Part shown: one piece after another, positions 8,326 through 18,008 of the stretch
How positions within the stretch are numbered: the stretch's first letter is position 1
Layout: every line of letters starts with the position of its first letter
Assembly: GCF_938040765.1 (NCBI RefSeq)
Contig: NZ_CALIAA010000088.1
Span: forward strand, 1 to 35,508
Reading direction: 5' to 3'
DNA from: an uncultured Fretibacterium sp.
Lineage (GTDB): Bacteria; Synergistota; Synergistia; Synergistales; Aminobacteriaceae
DNA: 35,508 bases
Made by a program: the position numbers and the translations under genes
Notes under the pieces: generated by a model
The model's input: the letters and a program-made list of their open reading frames with translations, nothing else
What the model was told of the DNA's origin: nothing
Databases searched by the model: none

Positions 8326-10002
8326 TTAGAAGAGGCCGGTTATCTTCCCGTTCTCGTCCACATCGATCGACAGGGCCGCGGGCTTCTTGGGCAGGCCCGG
8401 CATCGTCATGATCGCACCGGTGACCGCCACGAGGAACCCCGCCCCTGCGGAGAGACGCACCTCGCGCACCGTGATCCGGAAGTCCTTCGGACGGCCGACC
8501 TTGGTGGCGTCGTCGGAGAAGGAGTACTGGGTCTTGGCCATGCAGATCAGCAGGTCATCCTTGCCCAGCTCGTGGATGAGCTCGAGGTCCTTCTCGGCCT
8601 GAGGCGTGAAGTCCACGCCGTCGGCGCCGTAGATCTCCTTGGCAATGGCCGTCATCTTCTCCTTGGGGCTCATCTCGGGCTTGTAGATGAACTTGAAGTC
8701 GGAGGGTTTCTCGCACGCCTCGACGACCTTCTTCGCCAGCTCGACTCCGCCCTCGCCGCCCTTGCCCCAGACCTCGGAGAGCGCGAAGGAGGCGCCCATC
8801 TCGGCGCACTTCTTCTCCACCAGGGCCAGCTCGGCCTCCGTGTCCAGCGGGAAGCGGTTGATGGCGACGACGACGGGAAGCCCGAACTTCTGGATGTTCT
8901 CGATGTGCTTCTGGAGGTTGGGGATCCCCGCCTCGAGGGCCTTCAGGTCCTCGCTGCCCAGCTCGGTCTTCTTTCTGCCGCCGTGCATTTTAAGAGCGCG
9001 GACCGTCGCGACGACGACGACCGCAGCCGGCTTGAGGCCGGCCATGCGACACTTGATGTCCAGGAACTTCTCGGCGCCCAGGTCCCCGCCGAATCCGGCC
9101 TCCGTGACCAGGTAGTCGGCCAGCTTCAGGCCCAGACGCGTCGCCTGAACGCTGTTGCATCCATGGGCGATGTTGGCGAAGGGGCCGCCGTGGATGAAGG
9201 CGGGCGAGCCCTCGAGCGTCTGGACCAGGTTCGGCTTGATGGCATCCTTCAACAGAGCCGCCATGGAACCGGCGGCGCCGATGTCCCCCGCCGTGACGGG
9301 CTTGCCGTCGTAGGTGTAGGCCAGGACCATCCTGGAGAGCCGGGCCTTCAGGTCCATCAGGTCCATGGAAAGACAGAGGATCGCCATGACCTCGGAGGCC
9401 ACCGTGATGTCGAATCCGCTCTCGCGCGGGACCCCCTCGGTACGGCCGCCCAGGCCGATGATCACCTTGCGCAGGGCACGCTCGTTCAGGTCCACCACGC
9501 GGCGGAACACCACGCGGCGGGGATCGATGTTCAATTCGTTGCCCTGCTGGAGGTGGTTGTCCAGCATCGCGGCGCAGAGGTTGTGGGCCGTGGTGATGGC
9601 GTGCAGGTCCCCGGTGAAGTGGAGGTTGATGTCCTCCATCGGGACCACCTGGGCGTAGCCGCCCCCCGCCGCACCGCCCTTGACCCCGAAACTGGGGCCC
9701 AGGGAGGGCTCGCGCAGAGCGACGCAGACCTTTTTGCCGATCTTGGACAATCCATCGGTCAGGCCCACGCTCGTCGTGGTCTTGCCCTCGCCCGCAGGCG
9801 TCGGGGTTATCGCCGTCACGAGGACCAGCTTACCGTCCGGCTTGTCCTTGAGCCCTTTGAGGACCTGGGGCTGCACCTTGGCCTTGTACTTGCCATAAAG
9901 CTCAAGATCGTCCTCGGAGATCCCCAGCTTCTTCGCCACCTCCGTTATGGGGCTCATCTTCGCAGCCTGGGCAATTTCGATGTCGCTCGGTACCGTCATC
10001 AC
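8326..10002 (-). CDS. fhs: Formate--tetrahydrofolate ligase
   Basis: 558 aa. [53 protein letters not shown]. Start is GTG 10002 or ATG 9999. Confidence 0.98.
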   Translation of the reverse strand: MMTVPSDIEIAQAAKMSPITEVAKKLGISEDDLELYGKYKAKVQPQVLKGLKDKPDGKLVLVTAITPTPAGEGKTTTSVGLTDGLSKIGKKVCVALREPSLGPSFGVKGGAAGGGYAQVVPMEDINLHFTGDLHAITTAHNLCAAMLDNHLQQGNELNIDPRRVVFRRVVDLNERALRKVIIGLGGRTEGVPRESGFDITVASEVMAILCLSMDLMDLKARLSRMVLAYTYDGKPVTAGDIGAAGSMAALLKDAIKPNLVQTLEGSPAFIHGGPFANIAHGCNSVQATRLGLKLADYLVTEAGFGGDLGAEKFLDIKCRMAGLKPAAVVVVATVRALKMHGGRKKTELGSEDLKALEAGIPNLQKHIENIQKFGLPVVVAINRFPLDTEAELALVEKKCAEMGASFALSEVWGKGGEGGVELAKKVVEACEKPSDFKFIYKPEMSPKEKMTAIAKEIYGADGVDFTPQAEKDLELIHELGKDDLLICMAKTQYSFSDDATKVGRPKDFRITVREVRLSAGAGFLVAVTGAIMTMPGLPKKPAALSIDVDENGKITGLF

Positions 10003-10080
10003 TCAACACTCCATTCTACTTGGTTTTGTTACTTCCCGAGAGGAAAAGAGAATCGGTTTCTCCCCAATCTCCGTACTATC

Positions 10081-10086
10081 ATTATA
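10081..10086 (-). promoter_or_regulatory. Putative -10 box of fhs
   Basis: TATAAT on the minus strand about 80 nt upstream of the start; no clear -35. Confidence 0.45.
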
Positions 10087-10218
10087 GTATAGCGATTGAA
10101 ACGTGTTTTCATGACCGGCGGGCAAAAGGACATTGTCACCGGCCTCTTTGGGGAAAGCGGAAAACGGGGCTCCGGACGAACATATCGAAACTCGGAGTCG
10201 GCTATCCCCCAATGGACG

Positions 10219-11115
10219 TCAGCGCTCGGAGAGACATCGGTGGGCCGCCAGGGTCTCGATCAGGGAGCCGTCGTCTTGGTCGTCCAGGAGCGCCTCCATC
10301 TTGTCGTACTCCTCCCCTCCGCCCAGAGAGCGCAGGATCTCCAGCATATCGTCGGCCTCCTCACCGAAACGCCCGGAGAGCAGGCCGAAGAGAATCACAC
10401 CCCTGGAGAACCAGTTGAGCAGGTTGTGCGAGGAGGACCACACGTCCGAGAAGAGAAGGCTGAAGTGAAAATCCTCCTCCTCCTCCTCCGAGTCGTCGAC
10501 CGGATCGGGGAAGTAACCCAGCATGTAGAAGGGGACGTTCGGGGCCATGGACAGGGCATCCCAGAACATCGCAGCGGCCTCACCAGTGCCGCCTTCCCCC
10601 TCCTCCGTCAGCATGAAACATGCTGCCAGCCTCGCATAGGCCCAGCCCAGCTGGCGGTCGCCGTCCTGCATCGTCTCGCGGAGGATGAGGGACCAATCGC
10701 GCTTTTCGATCAGGATCCTGTAATAAAGGCTTCTGACGGACCCCTGGTCGTCGAGGTCGTGACGCATGAGCTCCTGAACGATCTCGAAGGAACGCTCGTC
10801 GTCCTCCATGGAAAAGAGGGTGAAGGCCGCCCTCTGCAGGAGCGCAAGGTAAACCGTCCCCAGCTCGTCCTCGGCGAAGTCCTCCTCGGGGATCCCCTCC
10901 TCCCTCAGAACGCTGCGGGCGTTCTCGATGGCATGGACGAGTATCGGCAGGCGCACGTCGTCGTCCTCGGTAAGATCGGCCTGAAGCAGGAGGACCTCGG
11001 GGTTTTCGGGGTCCAGCTCCAAAGCCCGCTCCACCAGCTCCTCGACCTCTCCGGCATCCTCGGATTCATAGGCCCGTTCCAAGAGGTCCTCGATGTCCCC
11101 GGTTCCATTCCCCAT
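10219..11115 (-). CDS. Highly acidic TPR-like helical-repeat hypothetical protein
   Basis: ATG 11115 with GAGGGG SD 8 nt upstream. ERALELDPENPEVLLL is TPR-like. About a quarter of residues are D/E and only two are Lys (hand count). Confidence 0.75.
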   Translation of the reverse strand: MGNGTGDIEDLLERAYESEDAGEVEELVERALELDPENPEVLLLQADLTEDDDVRLPILVHAIENARSVLREEGIPEEDFAEDELGTVYLALLQRAAFTLFSMEDDERSFEIVQELMRHDLDDQGSVRSLYYRILIEKRDWSLILRETMQDGDRQLGWAYARLAACFMLTEEGEGGTGEAAAMFWDALSMAPNVPFYMLGYFPDPVDDSEEEEEDFHFSLLFSDVWSSSHNLLNWFSRGVILFGLLSGRFGEEADDMLEILRSLGGGEEYDKMEALLDDQDDGSLIETLAAHRCLSER

Positions 11116-11193
11116 GTTCCACACCCCTCAATTCTCTGACATCCACTGCTCCATCGATATTTTCATTTGGTATTCCCGCCTGGGGGAGGATTC

Positions 11194-12117
11194 CTATTTC
11201 CCGCCCGTGTCCCAGCCTCCGCCTCCACCGCCATCCGATGGAGCGCGGCCTTTGTCTCCGTCTCCGACATCCCACTGCGATCCGGGGTTTTCCTCTCCGG
11301 GTTTGGAGGGGGACGGAGCCGGAGAGGTCCCGGACGAACGCCCCCCGATCCGCCCGTTTCCGTGACGGTACGCGCACAGAGCGTTCAAGGGGACGGGGCC
11401 ATGCCACAGGAGCCCCCAGGATCGGGCCAGATTGGCCAGATCGCAGGCATTTCCGCACGTCCAGAAGAACTCCTTTTCCCTCAGCCGCTCCACGATCCAG
11501 GGACGCCGCAGCCGCAGGGCCTCCCAGGTATACTGCCCGCCCGCCGGGGACACCTTCTTCCACCTGTCCGCCAGCCAGACCCAGACCCCCGGCCTCCCCG
11601 AACGCCAGGCCAGGACCGTGCAGGCCAAAGGATCCTCAAGAATGCCCATGTTGTCGCATCCGAGGGCTCGAATTTCACGAAACTCGTTGCACCGGAGGAA
11701 ATCATCGCACATCCAGGAGGCCGTCACCCGAGTCAGCTCGGGCACCCTCATGGGGACGACGGAGCCCACGAGGACATCGGTCGGGACAATGCTGCCGTCG
11801 ACGCCCGTACGGCCGTACACCCAACGGTTGGGCGCCACCTGAGCCACCGCGAAGCCGTCGAACGTGGCGTACCATCCCGCAGGCATCCCCTGAGGACGCC
11901 AGACCTCGAAGTTCAGCCCATAAGGTCTTTGATATGCCGCCATCACGGTGTTCGCCAGAACGCTCCGCGTCGGCAGCGTAAAGAATCTCCCTCCCATGTC
12001 CCCCATGGGGACGAGGACGGACCGGGCGTCGGCCTGCCCCCCCGACAGGTGAAGCAACAACAGGATCACGGCGACAAGAGAGCCCTTTCCCGAGGTCCGA
12101 AGCATCCCAAAGATCAC
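11194..12117 (-). CDS. Exported Trp/Cys-rich hypothetical protein with a disordered Gly/Pro/Ser tail
   Basis: 307 aa. GTG with GGAGGA SD. Hydrophobic stretch ending in ADA (signal peptidase I-like site). Confidence 0.75.
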   Translation of the reverse strand: MIFGMLRTSGKGSLVAVILLLLHLSGGQADARSVLVPMGDMGGRFFTLPTRSVLANTVMAAYQRPYGLNFEVWRPQGMPAGWYATFDGFAVAQVAPNRWVYGRTGVDGSIVPTDVLVGSVVPMRVPELTRVTASWMCDDFLRCNEFREIRALGCDNMGILEDPLACTVLAWRSGRPGVWVWLADRWKKVSPAGGQYTWEALRLRRPWIVERLREKEFFWTCGNACDLANLARSWGLLWHGPVPLNALCAYRHGNGRIGGRSSGTSPAPSPSKPGEENPGSQWDVGDGDKGRAPSDGGGGGGWDTGGK

Positions 12118-12180
12118 TCCTCCGTCTCACGATTCCCAAACGCGCCCCAAAGCCCCTGTGCATACGACCCGGTCCATTGA

Positions 12181-12189
12181 ATTATATCA
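12181..12189 (-). promoter_or_regulatory. Extended -10 promoter (TG-A-TATAAT) for the 12117/11115 genes
   Basis: Minus strand reads TGATATAAT. Confidence 0.65.
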
Positions 12190-12239
12190 GGAATGCGAAC
12201 CTGCCGGACATTTTTGCATCAAAATACCGGCCGATGCGC

Positions 12240-12245
12240 TATAAT
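12240..12245 (+). promoter_or_regulatory. Putative -10 box for the gene at 12292
   Basis: TATAAT about 47 nt upstream of the ATG in an AT-rich divergent spacer. Confidence 0.5.
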
Positions 12246-12291
12246 TGAAGGGGAATTCCATTCAGAATAAATTGATGGACGGAGGGGACCC

Positions 12292-12687
12292 ATGACCGGG
12301 ACAAGCGACGTTTCGAGCCGCGTTTGGGACGCGGCAGCCCGCGCTGCAGGCGCGTCTTTTGGCCTTGCGGAAAAGGCTGCAGGACGCTCCGTAGGCGTGA
12401 GCGACACGGAGGAGGGGCGCGAGGCGGCGCTGGAAAAGGTACAGGAGGCCAGGGAGTCCGTCTCCAAGACGACGTTCCGCATGTGGGACCGTCATGCCGA
12501 GATGGTGAAGAAGTCTCAGGCTTTGCATAAGGCCAAGATCCGAAAGGACGCCATCGCCCGCCGCAACCGGCAGAATCGGGAGCGCCAGACGGAGCTTCTG
12601 GCCGAGATGGCGCTCGAGAACGCCCGCCGCTCCAAGTGGCTCAACGCCGCCTCCCTGCAGCGGAGAAAGGCGGCTTCGCCCCTTTAG
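12292..12687 (+). CDS. Small basic helical hypothetical protein
   Basis: 131 aa. Strong SD GGAGG, upstream TATAAT and downstream hairpin. Ala/Arg/Glu/Lys-rich helical composition. Confidence 0.7.
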   Translation: MTGTSDVSSRVWDAAARAAGASFGLAEKAAGRSVGVSDTEEGREAALEKVQEARESVSKTTFRMWDRHAEMVKKSQALHKAKIRKDAIARRNRQNRERQTELLAEMALENARRSKWLNAASLQRRKAASPL

Positions 12688-12739
12688 CTTCCTCTGGCCG
12701 GGTCAAAGCCCATCAGGCCGACGGCCGCGATTTTCGAGA

Positions 12740-12767
12740 CGGGGGATGCCCTTTCGGGCATCCCCCG
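12740..12767. terminator. GC-rich hairpin between convergent genes (probable terminator or stability element)
   Basis: CGGGGGATGCCC-TTTC-GGGCATCCCCCG, a perfect 12-bp stem (GAAA loop on minus); no long U-tract. Confidence 0.65.
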
Positions 12768-12776
12768 CTGTGCTCC

Positions 12777-13430
12777 TCAGCCCTCTCCGCCCTCCGCCCC
12801 CTCGAAGCGGTCCGGAAAAAAGGACCGCACTTCTTCCAGGAAGCGGTCAACGCGTTCCGGAGTATGAATGAAGTTGGGATCGGACAGATCCAGAACCAGG
12901 AAGTTGGGGATATCCATCTCCATCTTGACGAAGTCGATGAAGGGAGCATAGGCGTTGTAGAGCATCCGCCAGTACTCCTCGCCCGCCGCGATCTCGTCGT
13001 CGCGGCCGCGCTCGTGGATTCGGCGCATGATCTCCTCGAAGGGACAGTGCACCAGAATCAGGAGGCGCGGCGCCTTCGTGTAGCGAAGGAGGGAGTCGTA
13101 GAGGGTCAGATAGCAGCCGAACTGGCTGTCCCTGAAATACCCCTGCTTGTAGTACAGCGTCGCGTAGACCTTGTCTCCGAAGATGCTGCGGTCCAGAATA
13201 TACTGCTCCTCCTCCGAGGCGCAGAGGTACTGGGCGAAGCGCGTGACCAGAAAGTTGAGCTGCATGGGAAAAGCCCACTTGCGGTCGTGATGGAAACGGC
13301 TCAGCAGGTCATGCTGATCCCGAAACTCCTCCGGCATCACCTTGAATCCGAGCCGCTCCGAGAGCAGGTTCACGATCGTCGACTTCCCGCTCGCGGTCAT
13401 CCCCTCGACTATAATCTGAATTTGACCCAA
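12777..13430 (-). CDS. Deoxynucleoside kinase (dNK family)
   Basis: TTG 13430 with AGGAGAGG SD. P-loop IVEGMTASGKST, MQLNFLVTRF, DRSIFGD and lid RIHERGRDDE. Confidence 0.9.
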   Translation of the reverse strand: MGQIQIIVEGMTASGKSTIVNLLSERLGFKVMPEEFRDQHDLLSRFHHDRKWAFPMQLNFLVTRFAQYLCASEEEQYILDRSIFGDKVYATLYYKQGYFRDSQFGCYLTLYDSLLRYTKAPRLLILVHCPFEEIMRRIHERGRDDEIAAGEEYWRMLYNAYAPFIDFVKMEMDIPNFLVLDLSDPNFIHTPERVDRFLEEVRSFFPDRFEGAEGGEG

Positions 13431-13470
13431 TTCAGCCCATCCTCTCCTTAGAGTTTTGCAAGCCCGAATT

Positions 13471-15249
13471 TTACGAGATCGAAATCGATCCCTGGTCCGG
13501 CTCGCCGGCCAGGACCGTGCGATCCCCTCCGGCCTTCTTGGCCGCGACCATCGCGTCGTAAGCCGCCCCGACAAAGGAGGAGACGTCCATCTCCTTGGAG
13601 AACTTCGCCACGCCGACGCTCAGGGAGATGGAGTTTTCCCTGTCGAAGGGGCCATTCCGGGCCATCTCCCGAACGACGTCCGCCAACTGGCAGGCGGCGG
13701 ACTCCTGCTGCGGCGTCAGGATCACGAACTCGTCCCCGCCCCAGCGTCCCAGGAAGTCCGTTGGCCGAAGTACGTTTTTCAGGGCCGTCACCAGGGCCTT
13801 CAAGGCCCCGTCGCTGGCCGTGTAGCCCCGCACCTCGTTGAAGCGCCGGAAGTCGTCGACGTCCATGAAGAGAAGGGAGAGCGACCCCCGGTAACGGGCT
13901 GCCCGCTCGAGCTCCTTCACCAGCACCTGCTCCATCCCCTCCCGGTTCAGGAGCCCCGTCGTGCGGTCCGTCACCGCGACCCGCTTCAGCTGCTCCTGGG
14001 TGCGATGGAGCAAAGTAGCGTCCGTACAGGTCAAAAGCAGGGCGTCCGTTCCCTCCCACGTCACGGGACGGGCGCGAAGGTCCAGCCAGAGCATCTCTCC
14101 CCGGCTCGTTTCCGCCCGAAGCTCGAGGGCCCCCTCGCCGGCGCGCAACACCTCCTGCAGACGGTCGGGGAAGCCGTCGTTCAGGGGGTCGTCCGCCAAG
14201 GGCAGCTCGTTCAGCGGTTTGTCGACGAAAAGGGCCGGGTCCAGTCCCAATGCCTCGCAAAAACGCCCGTTCGCCGCCAGGCAGGCTCCAGCCCTGTCAA
14301 CGAGGAGCAGCATGTCGGAGACGGCGTTCAGCAACTCCATCGCCGAGGTGGGCTTCGGTGCCTCTCCGGCCCCGGACGAGGGCGATGGGGAGTCCCCGTC
14401 CGGGGCAGCCGCCGGCGGAGCCATGCGCAATACGGCTCCCGCGACATTTTCCTGGGCGGAAAACAAAGGGGAGGCCGTAACTTCCCAGAGGCGTTTCCCC
14501 TCCGCATGGACCTCGACCAGTTCCATCCCCCCCGAGCCTCCGAGCAGCGCGGACGAGAGGAGGTCGTGGAGGGAACGGTCAACCGAGTTGGACGCCGGCG
14601 GATAAGGGGCGCCCACCACGCAGTCGTGTCCGAGGAACCGCTTCGCCGCCGCACGATAACCGCGCGAGGCGTAGAGAAGCCTTCCCTCCCCGTCCAGGAC
14701 GCAGCACAAAAGCCCCGGGCAGCCGTCCAGCACCCTCTCCCAGACCTCCGTTTCTCCGGAGGGGGGCCGAACGACCTTTTCCGTCACATCGACGCCGATC
14801 ACCTGAATCGCCTTGATTCCTCGAAAGACCGAGGGCATGAGCTCCGCCTCGACCCATACCCGGGACTCGTCGGGAAGGGAAAGGGCCAGTCGGGCGGAGA
14901 CTTTTTTTCGGGACGCCTCCAGAAGCAGTTCCTTCAATTCTTCCGTACCGCCGGGGGGGCACAGGGACCAGAGCGACGCCGTCCCCGCCCCTCCCGGGTC
15001 GACGCCCCAGAACCTCTCCACGCAGCGGTTGCAGGCCAGGATGTTTCCGTCGATTCCCACGATGAGGAGCAGGAAGATCCCACTCTCGATCAGGCCCCGA
15101 TAGTTGTGCTCGATCTCGCGCAGGGCCCCCTCCTCGCGCTCGAAACGCATTCCCCTGCGCTCCAGCTCGACCATACGCCGGTAAAGGGATCCTCTCTCGT
15201 TTTCCATGGACTGACGACGAGCTGTCGGATCCGACCATTCCGTCGGCAT
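13471..15249 (-). CDS. PAS-domain diguanylate cyclase
   Basis: Three PAS-like segments, then TDRTTGLLNR, MDVDDFRRFNEVRG, RPTD (I-site) and FLGRWGGDEF. Start chosen at ATG 15249 (AAGGA SD); 15207 is an alternative. Confidence 0.92.
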   Translation of the reverse strand: MPTEWSDPTARRQSMENERGSLYRRMVELERRGMRFEREEGALREIEHNYRGLIESGIFLLLIVGIDGNILACNRCVERFWGVDPGGAGTASLWSLCPPGGTEELKELLLEASRKKVSARLALSLPDESRVWVEAELMPSVFRGIKAIQVIGVDVTEKVVRPPSGETEVWERVLDGCPGLLCCVLDGEGRLLYASRGYRAAAKRFLGHDCVVGAPYPPASNSVDRSLHDLLSSALLGGSGGMELVEVHAEGKRLWEVTASPLFSAQENVAGAVLRMAPPAAAPDGDSPSPSSGAGEAPKPTSAMELLNAVSDMLLLVDRAGACLAANGRFCEALGLDPALFVDKPLNELPLADDPLNDGFPDRLQEVLRAGEGALELRAETSRGEMLWLDLRARPVTWEGTDALLLTCTDATLLHRTQEQLKRVAVTDRTTGLLNREGMEQVLVKELERAARYRGSLSLLFMDVDDFRRFNEVRGYTASDGALKALVTALKNVLRPTDFLGRWGGDEFVILTPQQESAACQLADVVREMARNGPFDRENSISLSVGVAKFSKEMDVSSFVGAAYDAMVAAKKAGGDRTVLAGEPDQGSISIS

Positions 15250-15390
15250 GGGCAACATTCCTTTCCCCAAAAGGCCGTTCGCCGCAGCGGCGTCCTGACG
15301 GCCTTCCGTTTCTCACTCCTATCCGCAATACATTTTCGTGCATTGCCCGATATCGGCAGCATCCCACCGCAAAAGACATGCCGGAAGGCC

Positions 15391-15906
15391 TCAGAGCCTT
15401 TTGGGAAACCAGCCCCCCGTACAGCGCTTCACGTCGGACACCGTGACAAAACCATCATGTGCAAAAAGGGCCTGGACCGCCTGTACGTCGTGCCGCCTGC
15501 AGAATATCTCGACGATCAGCCTGGGACCATTGCGCCCCATGCCCCGGATCACCGTGGCGCCCAGCCCCCGGCCCCTCACGGCCTCTATCGCCGCCTGGGC
15601 GGACGGCCCGTCCTCGAGGATGACCTCGATCAGGATAAATGTGTTCATCAGCTTTTCCTCGAGCCAGGACCCCACGTAGTTGCCCGTGGCGAACCCACCG
15701 CAGTAGAAGAGCAGTTCCCAAACGGTGAGCCTCTTTCCCCCTCCCAGGATGAAGCCCAGGACCATCATGTAGATCATGACCTCGACGAACCCGATACAGG
15801 CTGCGACGAAGCGCTGCCCCTTCACCAGGAAGAGGATACGAATCGTATTGCAGCTGACATCCAAAATGCGGGCGCCAAAAATCATCAAAAGCCCCAGGAT
15901 TCCCAC
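15391..15906 (-). CDS. DUF2179/DUF5698 (UPF0316, YebE-like) membrane protein
   Basis: 171 aa. ARILDVSCNTIR, IGFVEVMIY, YCGGFATGNYVG, GLGATVIRGMG. Confidence 0.85.
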   Translation of the reverse strand: MGILGLLMIFGARILDVSCNTIRILFLVKGQRFVAACIGFVEVMIYMMVLGFILGGGKRLTVWELLFYCGGFATGNYVGSWLEEKLMNTFILIEVILEDGPSAQAAIEAVRGRGLGATVIRGMGRNGPRLIVEIFCRRHDVQAVQALFAHDGFVTVSDVKRCTGGWFPKRL

Positions 15907-15964
15907 CGCGGCCCCTCCCTTCCTCCCGCAGCGATCGAGCGGTCATACCCCCGATGCAGGGCCC

Positions 15965-15973
15965 ATCTTAACA
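15965..15973 (-). promoter_or_regulatory. Putative extended -10 (TG-T-TAAGAT) upstream of the DUF2179 gene
   Basis: Minus strand TGTTAAGAT in the only AT-rich patch of the spacer. Confidence 0.45.
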
Positions 15974-16037
15974 TAAAACCGTCCCGCACGATAACACCGC
16001 GAGGACGGTCCGGAAGCGTGGGGCGGTGCCGGGTCGG

Positions 16038-18008
16038 TCAGGACTCCCTGTCCATCCTGTCGAGCCGGCGTTTCAGCCGCCCGTATCGCTCGGGGTCCAA
16101 CGGCCTGCCGCCGTACCAGACCTCCTCGAACTCCAGGACGAAGAGCCGCGCCGTTCCCCGGAGCGGCTCGTCCAGAGAGGAGACGAATTCCTCCAGCCCC
16201 ACGGACCTGCGGCGCGGGATCCCGCGCCTCTTCATCAGGCTCTCGAACCGCTCCAGCAACGACCGGCACGGATCCCGGCGACGCCTTTTCCAGACGAGGG
16301 TCAGGACGAATATGGCGACCGACAGGCCCGCGAAGCCCAACCCAAGCCGCCCCCACCGCAAAAGGGCCTCCGAGGACACCCGAAGGGAGGCGCGCGGATT
16401 GCGAAAGAGCTCCCCCAGGACCGAGACCCACTCGCTCTGGGTCCTGGCGTTGTAGCTCACGAACACCCTGCTCCATTGGTAGTCGAGGAAGTCCCAGAAC
16501 TCCCACCATCCGCCGGGGTCCTCCGACGTCCCACCGCCGCCCGCATCCCCCGTGGGAGTGGGGTCGATCCGCACCCAGCACCCAGCACCCCGATCCCAGG
16601 CCTCGACCCAGACGTGGGCCTGACGCTCCCGGACGGAGTAGTACCCGCCGGCCCGGTTGTAGTCCCCTCCCCGATAGCCTCCGACCAGCCGGGCGGGCAC
16701 GTTGGCCATGCGCAGCATCACGGCGGCCGCGGAGGCAAAATACTCGCAGTTTCCCCGCCTGACGTCGAGGACGAACCGCTCCAGCGCATCCGGTCCCCGC
16801 ACCAGGTTTTCGAGGGACCAGAGATAGCCGCCGCGCATGAAATGGGCCTCGACCGCATTCATCCGCCCCCTGTCGTCGGAGATCCCCGCGGTCAGTTTTT
16901 CCGTCAGGTCCCTCATGGCCGGAGAATAGTCGGAGGGGAGCTCCAGAAAGGTCTCCTCGGCCGAGTCGGAAAGGGTCCCCGGAATCGGGGAGGGGGTGGA
17001 GACGGCCTCGTAGCGGACGGCGGTGCCCGCCGCCCGTCTCCAGAACGTTCCATTTCCCAGGCCCATTGCGCTGCCGAGGCCGACCGAGATCGGGCGGTCC
17101 AGCGCGAAGAGCCAGCGGTGCCCCCCCGGCTCCATGAGGATCGTCTGACGCACCTGCGGAACATCCCCGCGCGGGCGCCCCCAGCCCCCCTCGCGCTCCC
17201 TCAGGTCGACGTCCCAGCCCGTACCCGAGAAATGCGAGAGCACGACGCCCCGCCAATAGAGGAACTCCGGGGCGATCTCCCCCGTCTCCGCGCGGAAGGA
17301 AAGGCGGTCGGTCCGCTGTATCGCCCCCACCTCTCCCAGGCGAAGCCTCTCGGAGAATCCCGTCAGGGCCGAACGGTCCATGCCGCCCTGCGGGCGAAAC
17401 ATGGGACGGCCCGACCGGGGGATCACGAAGAAGAACAGCAGGCACAGGGGAAGCATCAGGAGAAACATCCCCAGGGCGCGGGAGACGAGCCGTTTTGCGT
17501 CGGAAAAGGACAGCCGCGCCCCGGGCTCCCGCCTCATCCAGGCGGACAGCATCAGGATCAGGGAGGCACAGTATCCCATCCCCAGGCAGACGGCGAGGAA
17601 GAGCTTCTCCACGGACAGGAGGGCGTAGACCACTACCGCCCCCAGGGACAGAAGCGCGATCTGGACGTACTCCCGGGAGGTCTTGCGCTCGAACAGGCGA
17701 AGGAGGAATAGAAGCAGGATGGCCTCGAGGAAGGGCTCCGCCAGGTACCGCCGATTCATCCGGGAAAAGACGGCGACGAGCAGAAGGGCGACGACGCCGA
17801 ACGACAGCAGCCCCGGCGGACGCGTCAGCCCCGAGACCTCCGCCAGCGGCCAGATCAGGAGCGTGGCCCCAAAGACCAGGGCCGTCCCCCAACCGATGCC
17901 GTCCTGCACCATCAGGAAGCACAGAAGGGCACATGCGCCCGACAGCAGCTTCAGTGCCGTTTCGACCGCCAGGGTGCGCTCCGCCGTTCGGGACAGGGAG
18001 GTCATCAC
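16038..18008 (-). CDS. Membrane-bound transglutaminase-like protein (DUF3488/TgpA family)
   Basis: 656 aa. Six to seven N-terminal TM helices, TGFSERLRLG, LYWRG. Catalytic triad in GNCEYFA, AHVWVEAW, RIDPT. C-terminal TM. GTGA overlap with the DUF58 stop. Confidence 0.93.
   Translation of the reverse strand: MMTSLSRTAERTLAVETALKLLSGACALLCFLMVQDGIGWGTALVFGATLLIWPLAEVSGLTRPPGLLSFGVVALLLVAVFSRMNRRYLAEPFLEAILLLFLLRLFERKTSREYVQIALLSLGAVVVYALLSVEKLFLAVCLGMGYCASLILMLSAWMRREPGARLSFSDAKRLVSRALGMFLLMLPLCLLFFFVIPRSGRPMFRPQGGMDRSALTGFSERLRLGEVGAIQRTDRLSFRAETGEIAPEFLYWRGVVLSHFSGTGWDVDLREREGGWGRPRGDVPQVRQTILMEPGGHRWLFALDRPISVGLGSAMGLGNGTFWRRAAGTAVRYEAVSTPSPIPGTLSDSAEETFLELPSDYSPAMRDLTEKLTAGISDDRGRMNAVEAHFMRGGYLWSLENLVRGPDALERFVLDVRRGNCEYFASAAAVMLRMANVPARLVGGYRGGDYNRAGGYYSVRERQAHVWVEAWDRGAGCWVRIDPTPTGDAGGGGTSEDPGGWWEFWDFLDYQWSRVFVSYNARTQSEWVSVLGELFRNPRASLRVSSEALLRWGRLGLGFAGLSVAIFVLTLVWKRRRRDPCRSLLERFESLMKRRGIPRRRSVGLEEFVSSLDEPLRGTARLFVLEFEEVWYGGRPLDPERYGRLKRRLDRMDRES

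Noticed and set aside
10003..10218. Possible ZTP or THF riboswitch upstream of fhs
   Set aside because: No recognisable aptamer consensus, and the TATAAT position leaves only about 70 nt of leader. An Rfam cmscan would be decisive.
13456..16455. 999-aa plus-strand ORF and other long antisense ORFs (5559-7703, 8311-10092, 23900-26233, 30031-31587)
   Set aside because: They shadow well-supported genes on the opposite strand, have no family motifs, and are expected in high-GC DNA with biased codon usage.
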